The notes under the pieces: generated by a model
The model's database searches: none
What the model was told of the DNA's origin: nothing
The model's input: the letters and a program-made list of their open reading frames with translations, nothing else
Position numbers and translations under genes: made by a program
Assembly: GCA_951406725.2 (NCBI GenBank)
Contig: OX597817.1
Coordinates: forward strand, 53,754,001 to 53,818,000
Direction: 5' to 3'
DNA: 64,000 nt
Source of the DNA: Octopus vulgaris
Taxonomy: Eukaryota
In this document: positions 1 through 13,328 of the stretch, piece by piece
How the letters are laid out: every line of letters starts with the position of its first letter
How positions within the stretch are numbered: the first letter of the stretch is position 1

Positions 1-205
1 GCACGCCGGGCGAAATGCTTAGCAGTATTTCGTCTGCCGCTACGTTCTGAGTTCAAATTCCGCCGAGGTCGACTTTGCCTTTCATCCTTTTGGGGTCGAT
101 AAATTAAGTACCAGTTACGCACTGGGGTCGATATAATCGACTTAATCCTTTGTCTGTCCTTGTTTGTCCTCTCTGTGTTTAGCCCCTTGTGGGTAGTAAA
201 GAAAT
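1..205 (+). mobile_element. tRNA-derived SINE, family A (cut by window edge)
   Basis: B-box GTTCAAATTCC; body shared with many copies, ending gtagtaaagaaata. Confidence 0.85.
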
Positions 206-242
206 ATCCATTATATTTCCCGAGTCTGCTTTGTCGTTACAG

Positions 243-432
243 GAAACCTCAGTCCCTACCTCACTTCCTATCTAAAATATCGGACACAAGACAAAAGCAT
301 CCGCAATGTGGACAGCATATGGATCTATACCCTGACTGTTGTGGGTCAGGGTTGTGGTATGTTGAATGGAGGATTACTTGAGAGGAAGTTAGGGCCCCGG
401 GTGGCCACTTTGATTGGAGGATGGATAATGAG
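243..432 (+). CDS. MFS transporter exon 1 in window ([14 protein letters not shown]...[15 protein letters not shown])
   Basis: ttacAG acceptor at 241-242, GTGAGT donor at 433; open frame with TM2-TM3 motif. Confidence 0.88.
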
Positions 433-509
433 GTGAGTAAATCCCTTTTTTATTGCATATCGTTATAGACCCCTAACAGGATTCCATCAACATCTCTCTC
501 TCCCTTTAG

Positions 510-559
<50 letters not shown>

Positions 560-2146
560 GTCTGTCTGTCTGTCTGTCTATCCACCCATCCGTCCGTCTG
601 ACTGACTGTCTGTTTATCCATCCAGCCATCCGTCCGTCTGCCTGCCTGTCCAACCATCCATCCATACATACATACATACATACATACATACATACATACA
701 TACATCCATCCATTAATCCATCTATCTGTCTGCCTGACTGTCCATCCATCCATCAATCTATGTATTAATCTATCTATATATTTGCCTGTCAATCTGCTTC
801 TCTCTCTTTATTTTTCTCTCTTACTCTCACTTTATATATATATACACGGACACACACACATAAATAAGGAAAAACCCGGCAAAATCCAGTACGCAGTTAC
901 AATCTGTCTATACACACACACGCGCGCGCACACACACGCACGCGCACACACGTTATGTGCAAAATGTCGTTTATTTCGTTCTTCTCCAATTCTCTTGCAG
1001 TGCTGGTGTCTGTTTCACTTCCCTTTCAATAAAACATTCTTTCCTCGCTGTTCTGGCCACATACGGTTTCGTCAATGGATTGGGGATAGGAATTGCTTAC
1101 GGTATCCCAATTGCAACAGCCATGAAGGTGAGTTCAAATCCTTTCAAAGCACTTTCTCAACCATTGCATCAACCGTTGACAAGGCCAACGCTGGCTGGAA
1201 TCGCATGATCTGTTTGTCTCGGTGGCGGTAGCGATGGCAGTTGATTTACCGTCCCTAACGATATACACAAGAGTGCTTATATGCACCAAAAGTCCGCATG
1301 GGAGTTTCTCTCACAGTAACAATCACAGTTTTATGTGTTCTAACACAAGATCCACTTTTAAGTGGGGATAGGTATTACCTTTTAGTATTAACAGTGCTTC
1401 GGTCGCTATCAATTATAATCTTGTAGAAATTGGTTTTCAAATCTTGGTTACCACAGATAAACAAATATTGGTATCGAATTGTGTAGAAATATTCTAGATT
1501 CTGTCCTATATACATTTAAGGGCGGCGAGCTGGCAGAAACGTTAGTGCGCCGGGCGAAATGCTTAGCGGTATTTCATCTGTCGTTACGTTCTGAGTTCAA
1601 ATTCTGCCGAGGTCGACTTTGCCTTTCATCCTTACGGGGTCGATAAATTAAGTACCAGTTACGCACTGGAGTCGATGTAATCGACTTAATACCTATGTCT
1701 GTCCTTGTTTGTCCCCTCTATGTTTAACCCCTTGTGGCCAACAAAGAAATATATACACTTAGGCCAGATTGGGAGTAGGCTGGGTAGGGCAAATACAACT
1801 TCATTATATGTTACTGGCTTTTACTGATCATCCGTTCCAACTTACGAAGGATTGGCAAATGGGATGAACAGGGATGCCGATGTATGAATCACCGGAGGAA
1901 GCCGTTGTCGTCATCGCTGTTTGTGTGTCTGTGTGGTTAAGTCGTAGTCAGTTTTAATGGTAATGTAATATAGATTGTTGACGGTTGATGGTATGTTTAT
2001 AATAAAGAGTTCTCGTGCACTCATCTGACACTTGTGGGTGGAAGGAAGAGACGGGCGTTACGGTTTCTTATGTGTCAGCCTCAAAAAAACTGTTACAGGA
2101 ATGTCATTACACACATATACACACATGCAATATACACATACATATA

Positions 2147-2195
<49 letters not shown>

Positions 2196-2942
2196 ATGTA
2201 TGCATGCATGTATGTATGCATGAATGTATGTATGTATGTATGCATGTATGTATGTATGCATGAATGTATGTATGCATGAATGTATGTATGCATGTATGCA
2301 TGTATGCATGCATGTATGTATGCATGCATGTATGTATGCATGAATGTATATATGTATGTATGCATGAATGTATGCATGTATGTATGTATGTATGTATGTA
2401 TGTATGTATGTATGTATGTATGTATGTATGTATGTATGTATGTATGTATGTATGTATGTATGTATGTATGTATGCATGCATGTATGTATGTATGTATGCA
2501 TGCATGCATGTATGTATGTATGCATGTATACATGCATGTATGAATGAATGTATGTTTTGTTTTATGCATGTATTCTCATATATATAGTTGTGTGGTGGCG
2601 TAATGGTCCAGTGGTTAGGGCAGCGGACTCGCGGATGTAGGATCGCGGTTTCGATTCCCAGACCGGGCGTTGTGAGTGTTTATTGAGTGAAAACACCTGA
2701 AGCTCCACGATCTCCAGCAGGGGGTGGTGGCAACCTCTGCTGTACTCTTTCGCTACAACTTTCTCTCACTCTTTCTTAGCCAGCGGGGTGGCGTCATTTG
2801 ATGGCTAAAGCAATGCGAAGCGCATTGTGACCAGCGATGCGTAGCAACATCTGATAGCCTGGTCGGTCACGGTGGTGGTCACATATAGTTGTATATCTAG
2901 ACATGCTCATATATACTTAAATGATACTGAAAAGATTTACAG

Positions 2943-2986
<44 letters not shown>

Positions 2987-3257
2987 AATCCAAACATGAA
3001 AACACAAAGAGAAAACACAACAGCGCGAGGACGTGGAACAAGCATAATGTTATTGGATGCTCAGGAAAGGAAAGAAAGAAGGAGGATTTAACGTTTCGAG
3101 CGGAGTTCTTCGTCAGAAACATAGAGAAGGGAAAGATCCAAGGAAGGGAAGACGGAGGAAAAAATCGCCAACGGTACATTATATATATATATATAATGTG
3201 ACCGCGTGTGTACCGTTGGCGATTTTTTCCTCCGTCTTCCCTTCCTTGGATCTTTCC

Positions 3258-3313
<56 letters not shown>

Positions 3314-3834
3314 ATTAATAATAAATATTAGGGAATAAATCCAAACTTACAGGGAAAAATTAGATTTAGGATTGAATCCAATTTTATATATATATGTATG
3401 TATGTGTATATATGTATACAAAATATGGTGGTCTAGTTCACAGGTGATCTAAACGATTAGGTACGCTAGGTAAGTGCCGTAACGGATCACTAAGGCTCCA
3501 CGGTTGTAGCCGAGACGGTAGTTATGGAGCCATTGCAGATTTCCTATATATCGGATATATAATTGTGAAAGAGGACAACGGACGTTAAGGCAAGGCAAAC
3601 ATCTCAAGTCATATACGTTATTAGTACTGGAAAAAAAATTCGAATCCTTACAGTTGTTTCTGGGATATCCCAGAGTATGGAACATTCCGTCATCGGAGAC
3701 AAATAGGGAAAATGAGAAGGGTATAGATTAATGAAATGATGACATAGAGGACAGGAGAAAAGGAATAAGGAGATGAAGAAAGAGAAGAAAAGAGAAGCAT
3801 AAAAGTTCATAGTTCAGCTTTCTGATCGTGTAGA

Positions 3835-3892
<58 letters not shown>

Positions 3893-4180
3893 GTATGTAC
3901 TTACGTATGTATAATTGTATATATTAATGGATGCGTTTCATACATAATTGTACATGAAAAACGCTGAAACATTTCTTAGATTATTAACCCCATTTCTTCT
4001 TCTTTTTCTTCTTCTTCTTATTATTATTCAGGTCACTGTCTGGAATCGAACTAGAAATCTTGGGGATAGTAGCCCACGGGCATATGGCGTAGTGGTTAAG
4101 AGTGCGGGCTACTAAACCCCAAGATTTCGAGATCGATTCCAGGCAGTGACCTGAATAACAACAGCAACAACAACAACAAC

Positions 4181-4236
<56 letters not shown>

Positions 4237-4870
4237 TAACAATAATATCGAAAAATACTTAGGCATGAGAAGCCAGGTTTGAAATTTCCCCAAGACACCT
4301 GATGAAGGCTGGATGGTATATCAGCCGAAACGTATTAACAACAAAGATGAGGACAAATATACGTCAAATGTAAATAATGTAAATAATGTACATAATTCCT
4401 CATCTATCTCTTAAATATAGAACTGTGTGGTCTAAATTTGTAGTTTTAAAGTCAGATCATTGAGACTACTTCAACTAAAAATCTAATTTCTTCAAACTAA
4501 AAATCTAAATTTGTCAATTGCTATCGCATAAAACAATTCTTTCTCCGAACAGTTCATCTTTCATTTTTAGTCAAACTATATACAGCATGTTTCAGTATCC
4601 AAACTTTACACTAAGGAAGCCAGTACATCTCACAATGCAACATAAGGCCGTCTTATTCTAAATATTCTCTGTATTTTCGTCTCTTTTATGTTTTCGTTAT
4701 AATTTTGTCCACAATCGCAGGAGTAGCTGTGTGGTAAGTAGTTTGCTTACCAGCCACATGGTTCCGGGTTCATTCCTACTGCGTGGCACCTTTGGCAAGT
4801 GTCTTCTGCTATAGCCTCGGGCCGACCAAAGCCTTGTGAGTGAATTTAGACGGAAACTGAAAGAAGCCTG

Positions 4871-4926
<56 letters not shown>

Positions 4927-7900
4927 TTATGTGTGTGTGTGTTTGTGTGTCTGTGTTTGCCCCCTCCAACATCGCTTGACAACCGATGCTGGTGTGTTTA
5001 CGTCCCCGTAACTAAGCATTTCGGCAAAAGAGACCGATAAAATAAGTACTAAGCTTCCAAAGAATAAGTCCTGCAGTCGATTTGCTCGACTAAAGGCGGT
5101 GCTCCAGCATGGCCACAGTCAAATGACTGAAACAAGTAAAAGTAGGTCATTAATGTAAGAACTTGCAAGGTTATATAGCTTTACCACACAACGGTTCTTG
5201 GTGGAATATTTCCAATTAAAGACTCATGGTTCCAACAGCATTGTGGAGCATCGACGTCAGTGACTTTAGATCTCCATTTATTTCTTTTCTTTTTTTCTTA
5301 TATTTGTTTCAGTCAATTGACTGCGGCCATGCTGGACCACCACCTTTAGTCGACCCCAGGAATTATTCTTTGTAAGCCTAGTACTTATTCTATCGGTCTC
5401 TCTTGCCGAACCGCTAGCTGACAGGGACGTAAACACACCAGCAACGGTTGTCAAGCGATGTTGTGGGGAGGGACAAACACAGATACACAAACATATAAAT
5501 ACACACACACACACACAAACATATAGATACACACACAAACACACATCATTGCCATATTGGCATATCCGGCAACATATCCGGCAACATTAATTCCCTCACG
5601 GCCCAATGCGCGCACTTTAGCCCGAACTCTGCACCTCTCATGTTTGGCTTTGAGGTGACGGTGCAAGGCCGTTCTCGCTGCCAAAATGTGAGATGCGGAG
5701 CCCAACCTCAACGCCTCTTCTAGGTCCTTAACTAGTTGCCCTTCTATTCTGGCCTTATCTAGTCTTAGCTGACGGCTAAACCTAATAGACTCAAAACGAA
5801 TGGCTCTCTTCAAGGCAAACCACCATCGGTTATTAACCACCGCGCCGGTTAACGCCCTCTGTACTAATTCCCCAATCCGGCTACGGTATGCCTCGCAAGT
5901 CAAAATAGACTTGTTCAGCTTCCAGTAGCCGTATCCTCTCTTAACTACTATCTATGTCCAGCCTACACTTAACCATTCTATGGTCAGTGTAAGCTACTTG
6001 GACAAGCTGTGGACAGCTAAAACTAGACTTATCTCTATTTCTTATCACTATCCTATCTAAATAGGACTTGAACCCCCCGTCGCCACTCATCCAGGTCCAC
6101 TCTGGGACGATCGGATGGTCAAGTCTGTAACGATCTGCCAGCTGAAACCGCTTGAGCAGATCAACGAGACGTGAGTTTACTTTCCTATAGATCGAGCCAA
6201 CGCTATCGATGCGCATATCAACAATAGCGTTAAAGTCTCCTAACACCACTAATGTCTTCGACGTTACGAGAAAGTTCTCTAGGCGCCGATAAAAAGCAGT
6301 ATGAAATCCTCTAGCACAAGGGGCATAGATCCCGATCAACCTGAAGGCCTTACTGCTGTATGTCACATCAAGGTCGCCCAGCCCACCTTCTGGGTCTACA
6401 TAGACTGTACTTGTCTGCAGAGCCAAGCCTTTTTGAACCAGTACTACTACACCCCCTCGCCCTCCGGTCCGGCTAGGAGACATGATTTTCTCATAGCCAT
6501 TCAGTGGGAGCGAGAAAACTTGTAGACTGTCCAGCTTGGTCTCTGTAGCAACCGTCACATGCATATCGTGTGATCTGAGGTCGTCGAGGAAACAAGCTTG
6601 CCTCCACTTCGAGCACAGACCACGCACCTTCAAACACCCAAGGTTAAGTGCAGTCATTTAAAACAAAAGAAAAGCAAGGGTTCTACTTACTCTTTGACCT
6701 TTTCTTTTATTTGTGATGCTGGGGCTGACCTCACCACACGTGAGGCAGTCCTTTCCTCCTACTCCTTTAAAAACTCCTTCAAATACCGCGGAAGGTCCGA
6801 GATATTCGTGATGGTTCTCGGATGCCGACCCTTCATTTCATTATATAGTTTTTCTGGTATCCAGGCACATCTCTCTTCTGTGCCTTGGGGTTGCTGCAAC
6901 AGCTCCACGGTGTGGTGCTTCTTTAATGTGTCCATAATATATTTATCCCTGGTATCAAATTTTACCAGGATTTTTGTTCCGTCTTTGTTCTTTTTTATTT
7001 TCTCTTCTGGGACAGTGGAGCGGGATCTTTTTTTTCTGTGGTGTGCTGTTTTTCTTCTTTTTTTGTGGGAGATATGGATGGGGAAGGTGCATGTGTTCTC
7101 TTTTTTCTGGGTGTCTTGAACTCACCCTCGGTCACCTCCATGGTGTCTTCCAGAGGAGTTGTTACTTCAGAGGGGGTGGGTGCATTTGTTTCTGTCGGGA
7201 CCGGTGTGTGCATGGCCTGGGGTTTTTGGGTGTTTTGTTTGGGAGCAGGCGCCACAGATGGTGGAGTGGGAGTATTTGTTTCTGTGGGGGCTAATTTGTG
7301 TGCGGGTTTGGGGGCTTTTTCTGTAGTTGAAGGGCCTGATGTCTGCACACTTATTTTATTTTTTTTTCCATATTTCACAATCTACGCGAATGTGGCCTTT
7401 TTTGCCACATTCGAAACACGTGGGTTTTTTGCCCTCTACTTGAATCTTGAGGGCAATATCTTCCCCCAAGGGCACTCTTTCTAGCAGCATTTCGATGTTT
7501 TCTTGTGTTCCCTGAATAATCGCAGAGATGATCTGCCCTTGCCAATTTTATGGGGCAGTGCATGTGATTTGGAGGAAGGTGATTTTGTCCGTCCTGTTAT
7601 ACAACAGGGCGGCCATCACCTCCCTTGCCTCAATTTCTGGTGGTAATTTGTTTAATCTAACGCGTGCTGTTCTTCTTCGTTTTCAGAGGACTAATTGAGT
7701 GCTCTTGGGCTTTTCGGCCGTCTCAAATCTGGACTTTATTGTTCCATATGCCCGGCCCCTCGCTATGTATTTTATATCTTTCCATATAGGGGCCAGGCAT
7801 TTTTCTATTTCGCACTTTTCGAAGTGCTTGAATATTTTCGATGAAGGGCAGTACGTTTTGAAAACGACTGTCCTTCTCTTCATATGTTTAACACTAGGGG

Positions 7901-10900
7901 AGGGTGAGATCTTTATATCCCCACCCTCCTCTTTCATTCTCTCAAAAAGCTCGGAGAGCTTCTCCGTTTCTATTACAACATATTTACAAGATACAGCGGC
8001 TACTGCCGCGAACTTTTTTGCTGGCTCATGCAGCTGGTTTGTTTCTTGAATTATTTCGACCGACATATTCGTTCGAAATAAATTATACACAATCTAATCC
8101 CAGAAAAAGGGAAACCTATAATTTTTTACTTTTTTTTTTCTCTCAACGAGGACAATAGTTCAAATCCCACGACCGCTGGGGGGCGAGACGTAGCAACAAA
8201 GCCTACAACGTTCGAAATTAAATTTTTCACACAGTGATAAATATACAGTTTCCCAAAAACGGGAAACCTATAATATTTTTTTCCTCACAACGAGGACAAC
8301 AGTTCAAATCTCACCCACGCTAGGGGCGAATGCCACAAAAGAGCCTACAACGGCTAAAATTTAATTTTTCATGCAATAATAAAGTGCTTATCCCCCAAAA
8401 CGGGAAAACTATAATATTTTTCCCTCTTAATGAGGATAACAGTTCAAATCCAACTCCCGCGGGGGGGCGGGGTGACACGACAATAAAGCCTACAACGGCT
8501 TTAATAAGTTCAATATCAATAATATTAACAAGTTCAATATTAATAATTTCAGTATTTCAACAATTACTTTCTCCCGTCACCGGGAAAAAGCACAAAAGTT
8601 TTCAAAGTTCAACAATGTTCAACAGTTCGAAAATATTCAACAATAAACAACAATTCCAATAGAAACATTTTCCCGTTGCTCATACCCGAACGATTATTTC
8701 AGTTTCCCGTCCTTTATGGCCAGCTATTATGTTCTGTTCTATGAAGATCATATTTTCCAGTGTGAGTAAAGTAAAATGGTCTTTTTGAAGGACCTGCTAA
8801 AAATAATAGCTAATTTCTCGACTATTCATTGTTCACACTTCCTATAACTCTTCTGTGTTTTTTTTTTCTCATGTCCTTTTTCACTCTGATAACTAAAGCA
8901 AAGAAATAAAAATTTAATATCCGAAAAGTAAAAAAGAGAAAAGCTAATGTTCACATAGGAGAGACAAAGCATAGTTCTGTAAGGTAGGAGTGTTAACTAA
9001 AAGCTCATTAACAAAGAACTGTGATGGACCGGTGCTGGCTGCCGTCTCAGGATCTAACAAGGACCAAACATATTGAATAATTATGAGCTGGTACTCAATA
9101 AACCAGTAGTACCACTTTTGGTGCAAACGTTTTAGGTTGACTGTTCTTGCTATACGCAAAAACCATACCGTTGAATAACACAAACCGTAATGTACATATT
9201 GTACACGGAAAGGAGAGGAAACAATAAAATAATTCTAATTCTGGAAATAAACAAAAGTTTTCCCACAAATATGAAAAGGAAGAAATTTAGCATAGAAACA
9301 AATCTACATACACGAATAAGCAACATCAGTTCTGCACAAACTGGAGATACAGAAAGGGGCGGGGGCACATGTTGGCGTTATAGAAACTCGGGATCTTTTC
9401 GGTTTGACCGGCAGTTTTTAAAAATAATTTCCACGTAACTAAACACTTTTAAACTTCGTATACTGGTAGAATGTGTTTATAAAACATCTTTTTCTCTTGG
9501 CTTTATTGAGAAAATTCTATAGTTTGTAAGATATTTGGTGTTTGTTTTTCTTCAATTTCTGCAATTTCAACCAATCAATGACGTCTATTGAAATGAAAAC
9601 ATTCTGTGCCGTATGAAAATGTCCCTCGTTTAAGAAATAGATTGGGTTTATTTACATTTATGAAGAAAAAAAAGATACCCTTCCTCCCACCCCTAACTCT
9701 AACCCTAAATAAACCCAACTAACCATACACCTAACCCTAATCCTAAAACAGATTGAAATGCAATAGATCGATACTAGGGTCATAATTACGGGTGACAATT
9801 TCATATGACACCGCTAGAAAAAACTGCCGTTCAAACCGAAAAGATCCGAAACTCGAATGAAATTGATCGGAACATCATGAGGATGATGATGATGATGTGT
9901 ATAATAATAATAATAATAATAATGATAAATACCCTCATGTAGTACCAGGCAGTGGCTCTCATGGCTTCTGATCTTAACTGATTGGAAGTGTTATCATGTA
10001 CATTGTTTTGTCATGGTATTTTGTCAGCAAATATTCTGCTCAATTCCACAGATTTGCTTGTCAGTTGCTTGACCTTAACCAGTTGAGCATGTCCCTTAGT
10101 GGCTGACAATGTGTACATCTCTGATCACGAGCAGTAGTGAGGGGGGCTGTGGCATCATAGCCATGTGTTGAGAGGAATTCTTTTGGGTTTGAATAGTTCA
10201 CCTCTGGAAACATTGGTGTTTCGTTCAGCAACCTTAAACAACCCTTATTCAGGGACTAAACAAGTGTCATCTTAGTCTGCTGACACTTTCCATCATACCT
10301 AGCAAAATATAATGAGAGTTACCATTAAAAAAATAAAATAATAATAATAATAAGGCCAGCAATTTTGGCAAAGGAACTAAGTCGGATACGTCGACCCTAG
10401 TATCCAACTGGTACTTATTTAATCGACCCTGAAAGAATGTTTGGCAGAATTTGAACTCAGAACGTAAAGACGAACGAAATACCTTTGACGAAGGTTGTGG
10501 ATCGATCTGTTCAAGTTGTTGCATGTCAGTGCACCACCAATTAAACACACGATAAAACTCAATCTCTTGTATAGTACCTTCGTAGTTTTATCAGATTCGG
10601 GATGAATTCTATATTTCTTGATCCGATTTGATCCATATCTCCATCCCTTGGCCTGACCAATTTTATTTGTGCAGCTTCTGGACTTACACTTCCTGGCATC
10701 ATCCTTTGTAAGGGATCTCACCTCTACCTGGCGGCATTCGTTTGAAGCGCTCTTCGGTATTCTCTGCTGAGTTACTTGCTCTGTTTTCCGGTTTTTTTAT
10801 TCCAATCTCTCTCTATATAAAGCTGAAGTTGTCTGTGTATGGCAGGTTTGGTAGCCTTCAAATAACACTTTCTCCTTCGAGACCCTGCGGCGCAAGTTGA

Positions 10901-12054
10901 CCAAAATTGAGAGTATGATAGAAGAAGGCTTGCTCTTCCTTCCGTAGAAGAAAAAATTCAAATCGGACCATGTTAACACCAAAAATTATTTACATAAAAA
11001 AGGTGCTTTTGTTTTTCTATGAAAATCCCTATTTTTTACGATTTTTAGACTGTGTCGCCATTCTTTGGTGTATTTCAACCAGAAAATTGTTCACTTGAAG
11101 AGAATAATAAGCTACATAATGAAAATTTATACTTTTCAAAAATTCCAATTCTAAAGGGACGAAACAAACCCGAGCAACGCCGGGTGATACTGCTAGTCAT
11201 TTTATAAGTTACACTTTTCAGATTAGTTTCTTGTCGGATAGATTCTGAAATATTTAATTCGAAATTTCGGTCAAACTTGTAAGGAGGCTCTTAGCATATT
11301 TTAATTCTTCAGGAATTAATTTCATTTCTTCCTCCTGTTACACGGCGTTTGCAAACGCACTGTCTTTGGACTCGTTAATTGCGGTGTCTTCATTTCTATT
11401 GGTGTTGCTGCTAAGGGTGGTGGCGGTGACGGTGGCGACGGAGGAGGATTTTCGGGTGTATTTTATCTTCTACATGTTTCAGTAAATGTTTTTAGTCGAA
11501 TGAAGCGACTCCAGGTCTTGTTTCTTTTAAGCCTAGTACTTACTCTGTCGGTCAGTTTGGTCGAACCGTTAAGTTACGGGGACGTAAGGAAACCAACAAA
11601 AAGGTGGTAGTCGGAGCACTGGGAATAGTGAGTAAAAACCTTGAGAAGGGAATAGGAACAAATAGGGGCTGCAATAAGGGTGGAGCACTTGCAGAAAACA
11701 GCACTGCTTGGAACCGCTCGAATACTCCGGAAGATGCTCGAAAAATAAGGGGTGTTACCTTAGTTCACTGGTAGTGAACGGCTGACACTGTAGTACATCT
11801 CCAGCGTAAGAAGCTGTGCAAAGGCAATAATAATAATAATAGATGGGCTACTCAACCTGAAGAAAATTCTAACTGGGCCCCACCTGCAAGGTCATGTGCT
11901 GTTTATCATGATATGAGATCACCATGTCGCGCACATATGGTTGTGATGCATGTGCCTGGTGTACCCTTATCAGACGGGTAGTCATGATGGGTATATTGGG
12001 CTTCGTATATTTTACCCCAGTGTCACTTTGATGGCATGCACTGCTCTCTCACTC

Positions 12055-12108
<54 letters not shown>

Positions 12109-12311
12109 TCTATCTATTTAAGGCACAAGGCTTGAAATTTCGTGGTAGGGGGCTAGTTGATTACACTGACTCCAGTACTCGACTGGTACTTTATTTCATC
12201 GACCTCGAAAGGCAACAGGCACAGTCGACCTCGGCAGAATTTAAACTCAGAACGAAAGACGGACGATATGTCTTACAATTCTGTCAGTTAACCGTCTTTA
12301 TAATGATGATG

Positions 12312-12387
<76 letters not shown>

Positions 12388-13267
12388 GGATGATGATGAT
12401 GATGATGATAGTTGTGGTGAAGACGCTAATAATGATCACTGTGGTGGAGGTGGGGTGGTTACGATGATGATAATGATGATAATAAAGGACGAACTCGTAA
12501 AGGACTTTAGTTTGACGTCAGCTGGGGACGAAGGCAGATCTAGTTACGCAACAGCACCACCGCAACCACTGTCGCCTCTGCTACAACCACCAATAACACC
12601 ACCACCTTCACCAATGATGACAGCTATTTAAAGACGAACAAAAAGAAAATAGAAGTGAAGGTAAACTGACCGAGTTAGTTTGTGGAAATTGAATATCTCT
12701 GTATTAGGTAACAACAACAACTACTACTACTACTACTGCTGCTGCTTCTGCTGCTGCTGCTACTACTACTACTACTACTACTACTACTGCTACTACTTCA
12801 CCCTCACCAACACCACCGTATTTATTCGGATGCAACAATCAGAAGGCATGCATTAACACCATCTCCACCATCTCAAACCGCTAGAGTTCAATTGGTGCCT
12901 GTTTTATCGAATCCGAAGGGATGAAGGGCAAAGTCGACTTCGGCGGAATTTGAACTCAGAACGTAAAGACGGACGAAATGTGACAAACTATATATATGTG
13001 TATGTGTGTGTGTGAAGGCGCATGACTTAGTTGTTAAGGTGTTGAACTTATGATTGTAAGAATGTGGTTTCGATTCTTGGACTGGGCGACGAGTTGTGTT
13101 CTTGAGCAAAACACTTCATTTCATATTGCTGTTGCTTTAGTCCACTCAGCTGGCCAAAATGAGTAATCTTGCGACTGACCGGCGTCCAGTCCGGGGAGGA
13201 ATATATTTATGCCAATAAAACCCGGGAAACCGGCCCTATGCTCCTTACAGAGTACTGAGGACTCACC

Positions 13268-13328
<61 letters not shown>

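Larger units (their letters stand above)
5587..8680 (-). mobile_element. Tx1/L1-clade non-LTR retrotransposon: 5'UTR + ORF1 + endonuclease part of ORF2, RT missing
   Basis: ORF1 with CCHC knuckle, ORF2 with APE motifs and WKLN; 5' boundary approximate. Confidence 0.85.

Noticed and set aside
8108-8500. Spaced repeats as a CRISPR-like array
   Set aside because: Whole units are homologous and diverged, there are no unique spacers or cas genes, and the context is a eukaryotic LINE UTR.
8940-9380. Possible solo LTR
   Set aside because: Could not define TG...CA ends, a TSD or a second copy.
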